Positions 7,787 to 15,129 of a stretch of DNA of 32,000 nt are shown piece by piece; position 1 is the stretch's first letter, and the number at the start of each line of letters is the position of its first letter. A program made the position numbers and the translations under genes. A model generated the notes under the pieces. It searched no databases. It was given only the letters and a program-made list of their open reading frames with translations, and was not told where the DNA came from. Source of the DNA: Candidatus Iainarchaeum sp. (GTDB taxonomy: Archaea > Iainarchaeota > Iainarchaeia > Iainarchaeales > 0-14-0-20-34-12); the NCBI GenBank assembly GCA_030649345.1, contig JAUSKK010000040.1:1-32000 (forward strand). The letters run 5' to 3'.

Positions 7787-7803
7787 GAATTCTTGTATTT
7801 AAA
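7787..7803 (-). promoter_or_regulatory. Shared promoter element GAATTCTTGTATTTAAA upstream of lipoprotein gene 7328-7774
   Basis: Second copy of the 17-mer seen at 7260-7276. Confidence 0.45.
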
Positions 7804-7856
7804 CTTCCGCTAAAAAGTTTTGCAATCTTTGAAAATAGTTTTTGTAAAAATAGAAC

Positions 7857-8281
7857 GAGCAGTGCAGAGTAAGCCTCCTTCTGTTTTAGCAACGAAATCA
7901 CTTGTTGGATTTCTGCAGTAGTGAACTGCGTTTGCTCTTCTTTTTACATTGCTGTAAAAAGCAACTGGCATTTGTCTAAGCGCCTTCAAGGCTTGCATTC
8001 AACAACCTTTTTGGCTTCGCCCAAAAGCTTTTCACAAAACCTTAATTTTGTGAAACCCGCAAAATCTTTGATTTTGCTTGGTGGCCAAAAAAGTTTTACC
8101 TCCAGCCGTTTCATCCTTTTTTCAATCCCTCATTTTTGAATCACAGGTTATTGATTGAACTAGGTTCGTTTCTGCTCCAGAGGAAACCTTCACAGGTTTT
8201 CCTTTGCAGGATTTATTGCGAATGGGAGGACTTTCCTCAGTTTTCAAAATCTGAAAACCGTTAGCCAGTCTTGCACTGCTC
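7857..8281 (-). ncRNA. rnpB: RNase P RNA
   Basis: On the minus strand, 5' GAGCAGTGCA (P1) pairs perfectly with 3' TGCACTGCTC. A P3-like hairpin GTTTTCA-GAT-TGAAAAC is followed by universal CR-I GAGGAAAGTCC (complement of 8224-8238). GATGAAACGGC and CTTAGACAAATGCC blocks are present, and the CR-V-like ACAGAAGGAGGCTTA lies just before the 3' P1 strand. Confidence 0.9.
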
Positions 8282-8303
8282 TATTAAATAGTGCCTAAAA
8301 CGC

Positions 8304-8311
8304 TTTAAATA
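8304..8311. promoter_or_regulatory. TATA-like TTTAAATA, possibly bidirectional: about 23-30 nt upstream of the RNase P RNA 5' end (minus) and about 36 nt upstream of the ATG at 8347 (plus)
   Basis: Position relative to the P1 5' end at 8281 and to the YbaK-like ORF. Confidence 0.45.
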
Positions 8312-8346
8312 CTTAGTCTTTTAAGAATTTCTACAAACTTTTGTAT

Positions 8347-8811
8347 ATGAATTCTTTCGAAAAAAAATTTGCCTATTTTTTGTCTTCCAATAAAGTAGAT
8401 TGTCAGCATTTAATATTTGCTCAAATTTGCCATAGTGTTGAAGAAGCAGCCAGAACTGCAAATGCAAAAGTTGAAGATTTTGTCAAAAACATCTGCCTAC
8501 TGAATGAAAATAGTGATTTAATTGTTTGCATAATTGCCGGAGAAAAGCGTTTAGATTTGAAGAAAGTAGTTCAATTAACTGGTTTTAAAAAACTGCGTTT
8601 TGCAACAGGCCTGGAAATATTGGAGAAAACAGGTTATCCTGTTGGCGGCACCCCTTCTTTTGGTTTTGATGCACAATTTTTCATAGATCAAACTGTCTTT
8701 GAGCATGATCTGGTTTATTCCGGCGGTGGCTCTGAATTTTCGCTTGTAAAAATTTCACCATCTGAAATTAAAAGAATCAATAATGCAGTTCAAACAGATT
8801 TAACAAAATAA
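8347..8811 (+). CDS. YbaK/ProX-family aminoacyl-tRNA deacylase (trans-editing domain)
   Basis: The track ORF starts at TTG 8341; ATG 8347 is preferred. Motifs include VKNICLL, GYPVGGTPSFG and VYSGGG, and the size is about 154 aa. Confidence 0.65.
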   Translation: MNSFEKKFAYFLSSNKVDCQHLIFAQICHSVEEAARTANAKVEDFVKNICLLNENSDLIVCIIAGEKRLDLKKVVQLTGFKKLRFATGLEILEKTGYPVGGTPSFGFDAQFFIDQTVFEHDLVYSGGGSEFSLVKISPSEIKRINNAVQTDLTK

Positions 8812-8819
8812 TTTTTTAG

Positions 8820-10226
8820 TTAATCTTTCAAGAATTCTCTGTGGTGTTTTAATAAGTCTTGAACCATATGCAAGCTTGTGCTGAATTGGATTAAGTTGCT
8901 GGATTTTTCAATTCCTGTATACAATCCTGCACTGAACAAAATTAAGTCATCTTTGTCAGCTAATTTGTTTTTGTATAAATAATTTCCTACTTGTAAAATT
9001 CGTTCTTTTTCTTTGGTTTTCAATACAATGGATTGTACTCCGTAATACATTTTGAGTTGTCGTGCAGTTTTAGGATCTGCAGTCACTGCTAAAATTGGTT
9101 GTTTGAATTTAAATCTTGAAAGCATTCTTGCAGTAAATCCTGTTTTGGTAATGGCCACAATTTTTTTGACAGGCAAGTTTTCGCACATTTCAGCAATTGC
9201 TTTAGTGACTGTATCCGGTATTCCATTTAAATTTCCGTAATTGACTTTGCTTCGAACCAAGGGTTCTGCATTGACTGCAATTTTGGCCATTTCTTGAACT
9301 GTTCTAACTGGATAATTTCCAATAGCTGTTTCATTGCTTAACATAATGCAATCCGCTCCATCCAAGACTGCATTGGCTACATCGCTGGCTTCTGCTCTAG
9401 TTGGTCTAGGATTTCGTACCATGGAATCCAACATTTGGGTGGCCACAATAACTAGTTTTCCTTTTTGGTTGCATTTTTTTACAATTTGTTTTTGAATAAT
9501 GGGAACCTGCTCTAAAGACATTTCCACTCCTAAATCACCGCGGGCAACCATGATGCCGTCGGCTTCTCGTAAAATTTCTTTAAAATTTTTGACTCCTTCT
9601 GGGCTTTCAATTTTGGCAATGATTGCAATATTTTTTCCTTTGACCATTTTTTTAGCTTCTTTGACGTCATGGGCTCCAGAAGTAAAAGAAATTGCAATAT
9701 ATTCTACATTCATTTTTTTTGCAAACAAAATAGTTTTTCGGTCTTTGGGTGTAATTTTAGATCCTTTGATTCGAATGGCTTTCGAATTAATACTTAATCC
9801 GTTTCTTAATACTCCGTCGTTTAATGCTTTGAGTTTAATGTGCTTTCCGTTTTTTCTAGAAATTACAAACTCAATCAAGCCGTCGTCCATTAAAATCATA
9901 TCTCCTTTTTTGACTTGATTTAAGAAATTGTAATTAAAATATAAATCGTATGAAGAATTGAATCCAACCAAGATTTCTTTTCCGTTTTCTACTTTGAATC
10001 CTTTTCCGTCTTTAATTTTTAATCGAACATCCGGTCCTTGAGTATCTACAATAATTGGAATTTCTCCTAGACTTCGAACCATTTTAATAATTTTTTTGTA
10101 TTGTGTAAAATCTCCATGGCTGGAATTAATGCGGGCGGCATTCATTCCTGCTTGAACCATTTCTTTTAAGATTTTTTTATCCAAACAAACTGGTCCAATG
10201 GTGCATAAAATTTTAGTTTTCTTCAA
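8820..10226 (-). CDS. pyk: Pyruvate kinase
   Basis: 468 aa with KTKILCTIGP, MNAARINSSHG, IIAKIESPEG, MVARGDLGVE, ATQMLDSM and SNETAIGNYP motifs. The start codon at 10226 is TTG, with no nearby in-frame ATG. Confidence 0.9.
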   Translation of the reverse strand: MKKTKILCTIGPVCLDKKILKEMVQAGMNAARINSSHGDFTQYKKIIKMVRSLGEIPIIVDTQGPDVRLKIKDGKGFKVENGKEILVGFNSSYDLYFNYNFLNQVKKGDMILMDDGLIEFVISRKNGKHIKLKALNDGVLRNGLSINSKAIRIKGSKITPKDRKTILFAKKMNVEYIAISFTSGAHDVKEAKKMVKGKNIAIIAKIESPEGVKNFKEILREADGIMVARGDLGVEMSLEQVPIIQKQIVKKCNQKGKLVIVATQMLDSMVRNPRPTRAEASDVANAVLDGADCIMLSNETAIGNYPVRTVQEMAKIAVNAEPLVRSKVNYGNLNGIPDTVTKAIAEMCENLPVKKIVAITKTGFTARMLSRFKFKQPILAVTADPKTARQLKMYYGVQSIVLKTKEKERILQVGNYLYKNKLADKDDLILFSAGLYTGIEKSSNLIQFSTSLHMVQDLLKHHREFLKD

Positions 10227-10423
10227 AAGAATCTTTCCTATAATCTTTACTTAAAACTTTGAATGCCAATTTGTATTAAAACAGAAGCCAATTTAACTTA
10301 GCTTTTTAAGGCAAGTGACGAAGTTCAATCTATTCGCTGTTAACTTCATCTTCACCGGAAACACCGGAAGTCTACCTTCCAATTCTTTATAAATATCAAA
10401 AAGCTAATTCTTTAGCTGAGAGT

Positions 10424-11404
10424 ATGGTTGAAGAAAAACGAGAATTTGATGTTTTTAAGTTGCATGATTCAAAAGATTCTATTTTGAAACTCATGAGAGC
10501 TTATTCAGTTTCCTCAAAATTTTTTAGAACTGACGCATGTAAAAATCAAATTAATAATAGCTTTATGAAATTGTTGCAAAAAATTGACGTCAAACTAAAA
10601 AAAGAACTGGGGTTGCAATGGAGACTTGTTTGGAAAGAAAAGTTGTATTTTAATCCCAGTAAATCTGCAATGAATGACTGGCTAATTGGACGAGCAACAA
10701 TTCCACTTTCTGCGCTTGAAGTATTAACTGAATTTAGTTGTGTTGACGAAGTTAAACAAATCAAAAAAACTTTAACGCATGTGTGTGGTAGTCGCGGAGG
10801 TCCTATTTTTGTGCCTAAACAATTGACTTCTGAAATGGCTTTTCTTGTTGGTGCCATTTTGGGAGATGGTCATTTGGGTGATAGAACAGTTAGCTTTGAA
10901 CTAACTGATGAAGAACTTATTCAAAAAATTACGGCTATTGCAAATAAATTATTTCAAACAGATTTTGCTCATAAAAAACGCATTCGACTTATTCGACCAA
11001 ATAGAAAGAATTCTTTTACTTTATACTTGGATTCTAAAGTTATAACTCGATTTTTTAATAAATTTTTTGAAATTCCAATTGGAAAAAAGTCAGACATAAT
11101 TATAGTTCCCTCGTTAATTAAGTCTTCTTCAAAAGAAATTCAAGAAGCTTTTTTGGCAGGAATATTTGAAACCGATGGTTGTGAAACTAAGAAAGAATTC
11201 ACTATTACTACTGCATCAGAGCAGTTTTGCAATGAGTTATATGAACTAATTAAAGGCTTTGGAGTGCCTGTGCATACTAGTTTTTGGCTAAATAAGGTAT
11301 ATCATAAAAAATACTATCGAGTACATTTTAGTAAGAAATTAGTGATTTCCGTTAGCGGGTGTACTGAACTGGAAACCAGACTGGATTTAGACTCCAGGGC
11401 TTAG
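10424..11404 (+). CDS. Free-standing double-motif LAGLIDADG homing-endonuclease-like protein
   Basis: 326 aa with two LAGLIDADG motifs (MAFLVGAILGDGHL and EAFLAGIFETDGC) about 100 aa apart and a roughly 135-aa N-terminal extension. The last 50 nt of the ORF overlap tRNA-Leu. Confidence 0.75.
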   Translation: MVEEKREFDVFKLHDSKDSILKLMRAYSVSSKFFRTDACKNQINNSFMKLLQKIDVKLKKELGLQWRLVWKEKLYFNPSKSAMNDWLIGRATIPLSALEVLTEFSCVDEVKQIKKTLTHVCGSRGGPIFVPKQLTSEMAFLVGAILGDGHLGDRTVSFELTDEELIQKITAIANKLFQTDFAHKKRIRLIRPNRKNSFTLYLDSKVITRFFNKFFEIPIGKKSDIIIVPSLIKSSSKEIQEAFLAGIFETDGCETKKEFTITTASEQFCNELYELIKGFGVPVHTSFWLNKVYHKKYYRVHFSKKLVISVSGCTELETRLDLDSRA

Positions 11405-11436
11405 TGCCTGTGAAGGTTCGATTCCTTCCACCCGCA
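11355..11436 (+). tRNA. tRNA-Leu (anticodon UAG), class II with a long variable arm, no encoded CCA
   Basis: Manual fold: acceptor GCGGGTG/CACCCGC plus discriminator A; D stem CTG/CAG with a GG loop; anticodon stem CTGGA/TCCAG with loop TT-TAG-AC (anticodon 11388-11390); variable arm GGC-TTAGT-GCC; T arm GAAGG-TTCGATT-CCTTC. Confidence 0.9.
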
Positions 11437-11643
11437 ATTTTAGTTCAAATTAATTTTCAATTTTTTCTACTTGTTGCTGTAGTTCTAATCGTCTAATATC
11501 TTGTACGTGTGTCCATTTTTTTGGACGATATTTCTTCTGAAACTTTGTTCAAATTAAACGAAAAGCTGAACATTTGAAAGAAATTACAGATTCTTATTAT
11601 TCCTAAAACTAGCTATAATTAATTGCCCAAATATTTGTTTTCC

Positions 11644-12030
11644 TTATCCCAATTGAATCGTTTGTGTATTGGGCAAATTTTTGAAATCTATATCTGCTGT
11701 AATAAATTGCACTTTAAGATTTTGTGCACTGGAATAAATCAAGCTGTCTATGGTGTGCAGTTTGTGCATTTCGCAGTTTTCTGCTGCTTGAATTGCAATT
11801 TCTTTATTAATTCCAATAATAATGCTGTTGTCTTCCATGAATTGAATGGCTTTTTTTGCATCAGTTTCAGAGCTTATTTTTTTCATTTTTTTGTAGACTT
11901 CATGCAAACAAATAATGGACGTAAATAAAATGGCATTTTTTGATTCTACAATTTCTTTTGTTTTAGGAAAATTTCCAAGAACGTAGCCCAGCCAGATGTT
12001 GGAGTCTAAAAACAGCTTAGAATCGGTCAT
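11644..12030 (-). CDS. vapC: PIN-domain ribonuclease toxin (VapC-like)
   Basis: 128 aa. It shows the LFLDSNIW N-terminal Asp, plus the HEV, DSLIY and ADIDF acidic positions typical of PIN. Its start overlaps the upstream small ORF by 14 nt. Confidence 0.75.
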   Translation of the reverse strand: MTDSKLFLDSNIWLGYVLGNFPKTKEIVESKNAILFTSIICLHEVYKKMKKISSETDAKKAIQFMEDNSIIIGINKEIAIQAAENCEMHKLHTIDSLIYSSAQNLKVQFITADIDFKNLPNTQTIQLG

Positions 12031-12226
12031 GTTTGTCTCTTAAGCCTTCCATCATTTGCTTGAATGAAACTTTTTTTCCTTTTCCAAGAGTTCCGTACAT
12101 GGATTTGGTTTTTTTCCGAACCAATTGCATAATTACTTCGTCGTATGTTTTTGACTCAAAGCTTTCTTTTAATTCGTTTAAAACTTCCTTCGTGTGTTTT
12201 TCAATTTGAATGGTTGTAGTAGTCAT
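12017..12226 (-). CDS. vapB: Small antitoxin-like protein (VapB-type partner of the PIN toxin)
   Basis: 69-aa ORF immediately upstream of and overlapping the PIN gene, with a palindromic operator upstream. Confidence 0.6.
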   Translation of the reverse strand: MTTTTIQIEKHTKEVLNELKESFESKTYDEVIMQLVRKKTKSMYGTLGKGKKVSFKQMMEGLRDKHDRF

Positions 12227-12237
12227 TCGATCACCTA

Positions 12238-12257
12238 AAACTATAGGGCTATAGTTT
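12238..12257 (-). promoter_or_regulatory. Operator-like palindrome AAACTATAG-GG-CTATAGTTT between a TATA-like box (complement of 12255-12264) and the vapB start
   Basis: Perfect 9-bp arms read directly, in the position expected for TA autoregulation. Confidence 0.45.
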
Positions 12258-12325
12258 ATAAAAAGGTTTGGGTGTTAGGCTGGTTGGATATTCGATTCTT
12301 TTTACCTCTTTAAAATTAGTTTTCT

Positions 12326-12712
12326 TTAAACAATTTCTACGCTTGTAACTGGTGTGGATATTCCGTTGCATTCCCAGTTCCAGTAAAAGAATCTGTCTTG
12401 ATAATTAATGACTAATTGTTTTCCTTCTTGTTGGGCTTGGAGTACTTTTTGCCAAACTTGTTCTAAATTAGGGTTGTCATGACAGACTGTAAATTTGAAT
12501 GTTCCTTTGTAAGGCCATTGTACATGGAATACATAATTTTTCCAAATAATTCCTGTGTATTCTGCGTCTATGACATTTCCGCGAAAACTTCCTTGAGATA
12601 CTCCTAAATCTAAACTAAAAAAGAATCCTGAAATTATCCATAAAATAAAAAGAAATAAAATAGCCCATATAATTTTTCGGTAAATGGGCGGTAAAGGTTT
12701 TTGTTTAGCCAT
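12326..12712 (-). CDS. N-terminally anchored membrane protein, function unknown
   Basis: 128 aa with one TM (IIWAILFLFILWIISGFFF). Its start lies 2 nt after the stop of the upstream gene, so co-transcription is likely. Confidence 0.5.
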   Translation of the reverse strand: MAKQKPLPPIYRKIIWAILFLFILWIISGFFFSLDLGVSQGSFRGNVIDAEYTGIIWKNYVFHVQWPYKGTFKFTVCHDNPNLEQVWQKVLQAQQEGKQLVINYQDRFFYWNWECNGISTPVTSVEIV

Positions 12713-12713
12713 A

Positions 12714-13727
12714 TTATTCTCGTTTAATTAAGTCTCCGATTCCAAATCCTCTTTTTTCAGATTCTGTTTTGGTTTCTGGTTTTTCGTGAGCCCATTTTCC
12801 TGGATTGTTTTCGGTTTCTTCACTGGATGTTTCTGTTTTGGCTGGTTTTTCTTTTTCTACTTCTTTGTAAGCCCGATTAATACTGTCTGCGGGTGTTGAA
12901 GTGAATAAGTCATCGTCTTGGCTTTTTCGAATAAAATAAAACACAATCAATAATACTAAGATTGCAATTACAATCAAGGTTGCTAATGTTGGATCGATAT
13001 TGGGCAAAACAAATAATCCTGCCAATCCTTGGGCTTGTTGTTCGGATTTATTTAATCCTTCTTGAATTTTATTAATTTGTTCTTCTATTTTATTCAAGTC
13101 TTCTGTTTTCATGGTCTGTGTTTCTTGTTTTAATATATTTACTTGTTCATTCACATAACGTAAAGTAGTTCTCAAAGTTTCCACATTTTGTTCTTTTTCA
13201 ATTAACAAAACATTGAGTTGTCCGACTGTTTGATTCAATGCTTCCAAACTTGTTTTGTATGTTTGAATTTGTTCTCGTAATTGTTCGTTTAATTTTTTTA
13301 ATTCATTGAGTTCTCGTGTAGCTTCAACTTTAAAACTTTCAGATACTGCATTGAATACTGTAACCGAATAACTATTGAAATTTGCTAATTCATTGTTATT
13401 GTAGCTTTTAACTGAAACCGAATGAGTTCCGACAGTTATTCCAGTAAAGGTTACTTGTACAATATTGTCATTGACTTCGATTTGGTTTACATTCACGGAA
13501 TATTTTTCAGTGGCTGCTTGTTGGTTTCCGAAAATAAATACACTGGCTACTTTTACTCCATTTAATTCAATATTTACTTTATCAAAATTGTAAGGCTGTA
13601 AATCTAAAGTTAAAGTCCAATTGGTTTGACTGGGTACTTGGGTTGGCAAAGAAACTGTTTGCGCTAAACCATTGATTGCAAAAAACAAAATTAAAAGGAA
13701 ACAAATTCCTTGATTTAAACTTTTCAT
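12714..13727 (-). CDS. Type I membrane surface protein: signal peptide, beta-rich N-domain, long coiled-coil stalk, TM, charged cytoplasmic tail
   Basis: 337 aa. The signal is ICFLLILFFAINGLAQT. There is a heptad-like segment of about 100 aa (ELNELKKLNEQLREQIQTYKTSLEALNQ...), a TM (LATLIVIAILVLLIVFYF) and a K/E/T-rich tail. Confidence 0.6.
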   Translation of the reverse strand: MKSLNQGICFLLILFFAINGLAQTVSLPTQVPSQTNWTLTLDLQPYNFDKVNIELNGVKVASVFIFGNQQAATEKYSVNVNQIEVNDNIVQVTFTGITVGTHSVSVKSYNNNELANFNSYSVTVFNAVSESFKVEATRELNELKKLNEQLREQIQTYKTSLEALNQTVGQLNVLLIEKEQNVETLRTTLRYVNEQVNILKQETQTMKTEDLNKIEEQINKIQEGLNKSEQQAQGLAGLFVLPNIDPTLATLIVIAILVLLIVFYFIRKSQDDDLFTSTPADSINRAYKEVEKEKPAKTETSSEETENNPGKWAHEKPETKTESEKRGFGIGDLIKRE

Positions 13728-13920
13728 TCAAACACCCCAAAACTGTTAACAATTCACTTAAATTAGTTATTAATATTACGTGTTCTGAATATTTAAACAT
13801 TTTCCAACCCGAAATGTCCCAATTTACTCCTTTTTTACATCAATCAAGTTAGAAAATATCGACTTCTTTATATATTTGAAAACTCTATTGTATAAATACA
13901 ATTTACGTGGAGGTATACGA

Positions 13921-14097
13921 ATGGCAACAGTAATTGGAGCACCCAAGAAAAAGCCTTTTGGTGGCTATAGCATTAGCTTTAAAGGTTGCAGTGACACTCT
14001 GGAAAGTGTTTTTGGTTCAGGCAATATTGCACCCAGTGAAATGACAAAACTACTTTGGGTATATGTAAAGAAGAACAACTTGTCTGGAAAAAAATAA
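13921..14097 (+). CDS. Small protein resembling the N-terminal half of a SWIB/MDM2 domain
   Basis: ATG 13921 is preceded by GGAGG (the track ORF starts at TTG 13876). LESVFGSGNIAPSEMTKLLWVYVKKNNL resembles the SWIB pattern L..ivG...mpRtei.KklW.YIK.n.Lq. The ORF ends right after this helix. Confidence 0.4.
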   Translation: MATVIGAPKKKPFGGYSISFKGCSDTLESVFGSGNIAPSEMTKLLWVYVKKNNLSGKK

Positions 14098-14129
14098 AGT
14101 TGTTTAGTAACTTAACCAAAAAAAGAATT

Positions 14130-14152
14130 CTTGGGGGTAAAAAACCTCCAAG
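14130..14152 (+). terminator. Stem-loop CTTGGGGG-TAAAAAA-CCTCCAAG downstream of the SWIB-like ORF
   Basis: 8-bp stem (one G-T pair) about 33 nt after the stop codon. A terminator role is only inferred. Confidence 0.3.
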
Positions 14153-14318
14153 TAAATCTTTTAACTATTTTTAATTTGCTAACAAAAATTAAAGATAATA
14201 AAACGCATTCGTTCACATAAATAACTGGCTTGTGCGTGAAGATTGATTTTTTAAAGAATCTGTTTCGTATATTTATAGTTATTAAGAGAGTCTGTAGTCT
14301 GCTGGTGCATATTTCTGA

Positions 14319-14441
14319 AGGGGTGTGGTCTACCGGTATGATGTCGCTTTCACAAAACCATTTTTCGCAAGTGAAAAATCATTTACGAAAAAAAGTGTTA
14401 GAATGGAGCGAAGGCACGCGGTTCAATTCCGCGCACCCCTA
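14319..14441 (+). tRNA. Intron-containing tRNA, most likely tRNA-Val (anticodon CAC, 14351-14353), with a 51-nt intron at 14355-14405 (canonical 37/38 position)
   Basis: Manual fold: acceptor AGGGGTG/CACCCCT plus A73; D arm with GG; anticodon stem TCGCT/AGCGA; variable AGGCA; T arm CGCGG-TTCAATT-CCGCG. Around the splice sites there is a relaxed bulge-helix-bulge. TTC (32-34) pairs with GAA (14401-14403), and 3-nt bulges CAA and TGG flank it. Helix AAC/GTT follows, then a 7-bp intron helix TTTTTCG/CGAAAAA. Confidence 0.8.
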
Positions 14442-14445
14442 TTGC

Positions 14446-15042
14446 TTATTTTCGATTGACAGCCAGTAAAATAGCTTCCGATAATTTATCCATCTTGTTA
14501 GCCAATAATTTGAATCCATCTAATTTTTGAGAAATGCTTCCATATTTTTTGTCTAAATGTTTGAATTCAGTTTTAGTTCCTTGACTGAATTTATTCAAAG
14601 TTTTTTCCCTGGCTGTTTTCAGTAAAGTTTTTTCTTTGGCTGTTTTTAATAAAGTTTTTTCTTTGGCTGCAGTTGCTTCTTTGGACATTTCTCTTCGAAT
14701 AGTTTGCAGGTATACTGCAGCTACGTCTGCTCGTTTTGCTGTTTCTTTTTGCTGGTCTCCGCGAATAATGCTAAAGTCTTCATAAATTTTGTCTGACCCA
14801 ATTATCTGTACACGGACAGTTTTTACTCGAATAGGCCATTCTTGGACTTTGATTTTTTTGCAAAAAGTTTTAATATTTTCTTTTGTGCCTTGTGCAATTA
14901 TTTCGACTGTTTTATCTTCTAGGTTTCGTATTTCTCCCTGGATATTTAATTCATCCGCAACTCGGCTAACTTCATTTCGATAGCCTACGCGCTGAACTCT
15001 TCCTTTTACAACCAGTTTCACTGTTTTCATTTTTTTATCCAT
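14446..15042 (-). CDS. acyP: Acylphosphatase-domain protein with a C-terminal repeat/coiled-coil extension
   Basis: Both acylphosphatase signatures are present (VKGRVQRVGYR and GEIRNLEDKTVEIIAQG). An extra 110 aa or so includes KEKTLLKTA x about 2.7. The track start at 15051 is TTG; ATG 15042 follows a GAGAGG, and ATG 15030 is also possible. Confidence 0.65.
   Translation of the reverse strand: MDKKMKTVKLVVKGRVQRVGYRNEVSRVADELNIQGEIRNLEDKTVEIIAQGTKENIKTFCKKIKVQEWPIRVKTVRVQIIGSDKIYEDFSIIRGDQQKETAKRADVAAVYLQTIRREMSKEATAAKEKTLLKTAKEKTLLKTAREKTLNKFSQGTKTEFKHLDKKYGSISQKLDGFKLLANKMDKLSEAILLAVNRK
14597..14669. repeat. 27-bp tandem repeat, about 2.7 copies, inside the acylphosphatase-domain gene
   Basis: Units at 14597-14623, 14624-14650 and 14651-14669 (AAAGTTTTTTCTTTGGCTGTTTTTAAT consensus) encode the 9-aa repeat. 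Confidence 0.8.
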
Positions 15043-15129
15043 TTCAATCAACCTCTCTTAGCTTCGCAACTGTGAATTGCATATATGACTGGTTTTGTTT
15101 AAGTTTAAATAAGTATTCTTTTGCGTATG

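Noticed and set aside
7810-8139. Track ORFs 7810-7998 (-) and 7921-8139 (+)
   Set aside because: Both lie entirely inside the RNase P RNA gene.
9052-9918. Plus-strand ORFs 9052-9240 and 9499-9918
   Set aside because: Both are antisense to the strongly supported pyruvate kinase gene, and no motifs were recognised.
10546-10857. 103-aa minus-strand ORF
   Set aside because: It is antisense to the LAGLIDADG ORF and has no motifs.
11623-11928. 101-aa plus-strand ORF
   Set aside because: It is antisense to the PIN-domain gene, which has the conserved acidic residues and a coupled antitoxin.
11437-12300. Integrated mobile element using tRNA-Leu as attachment site
   Set aside because: I looked for a direct repeat of the tRNA 3' end (TTCCTTCCACCCGCA) downstream and for an integrase gene. 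Neither is present in the window. Only a VapBC pair follows the tRNA.
14319-14441. Initiator tRNA-Met assignment suggested by the A1-U72 pair
   Set aside because: The anticodon loop reads TT-CAC-A. The anticodon stem (TCGCT/AGCGA) lacks the three consecutive G-C pairs of initiators. A CAT anticodon would require a non-canonical splice position that the bulge-helix-bulge geometry does not support.
14230-14469. 79-aa ORF
   Set aside because: It covers the intron-containing tRNA-Val gene and starts with TTG. The cloverleaf explains the sequence far better.
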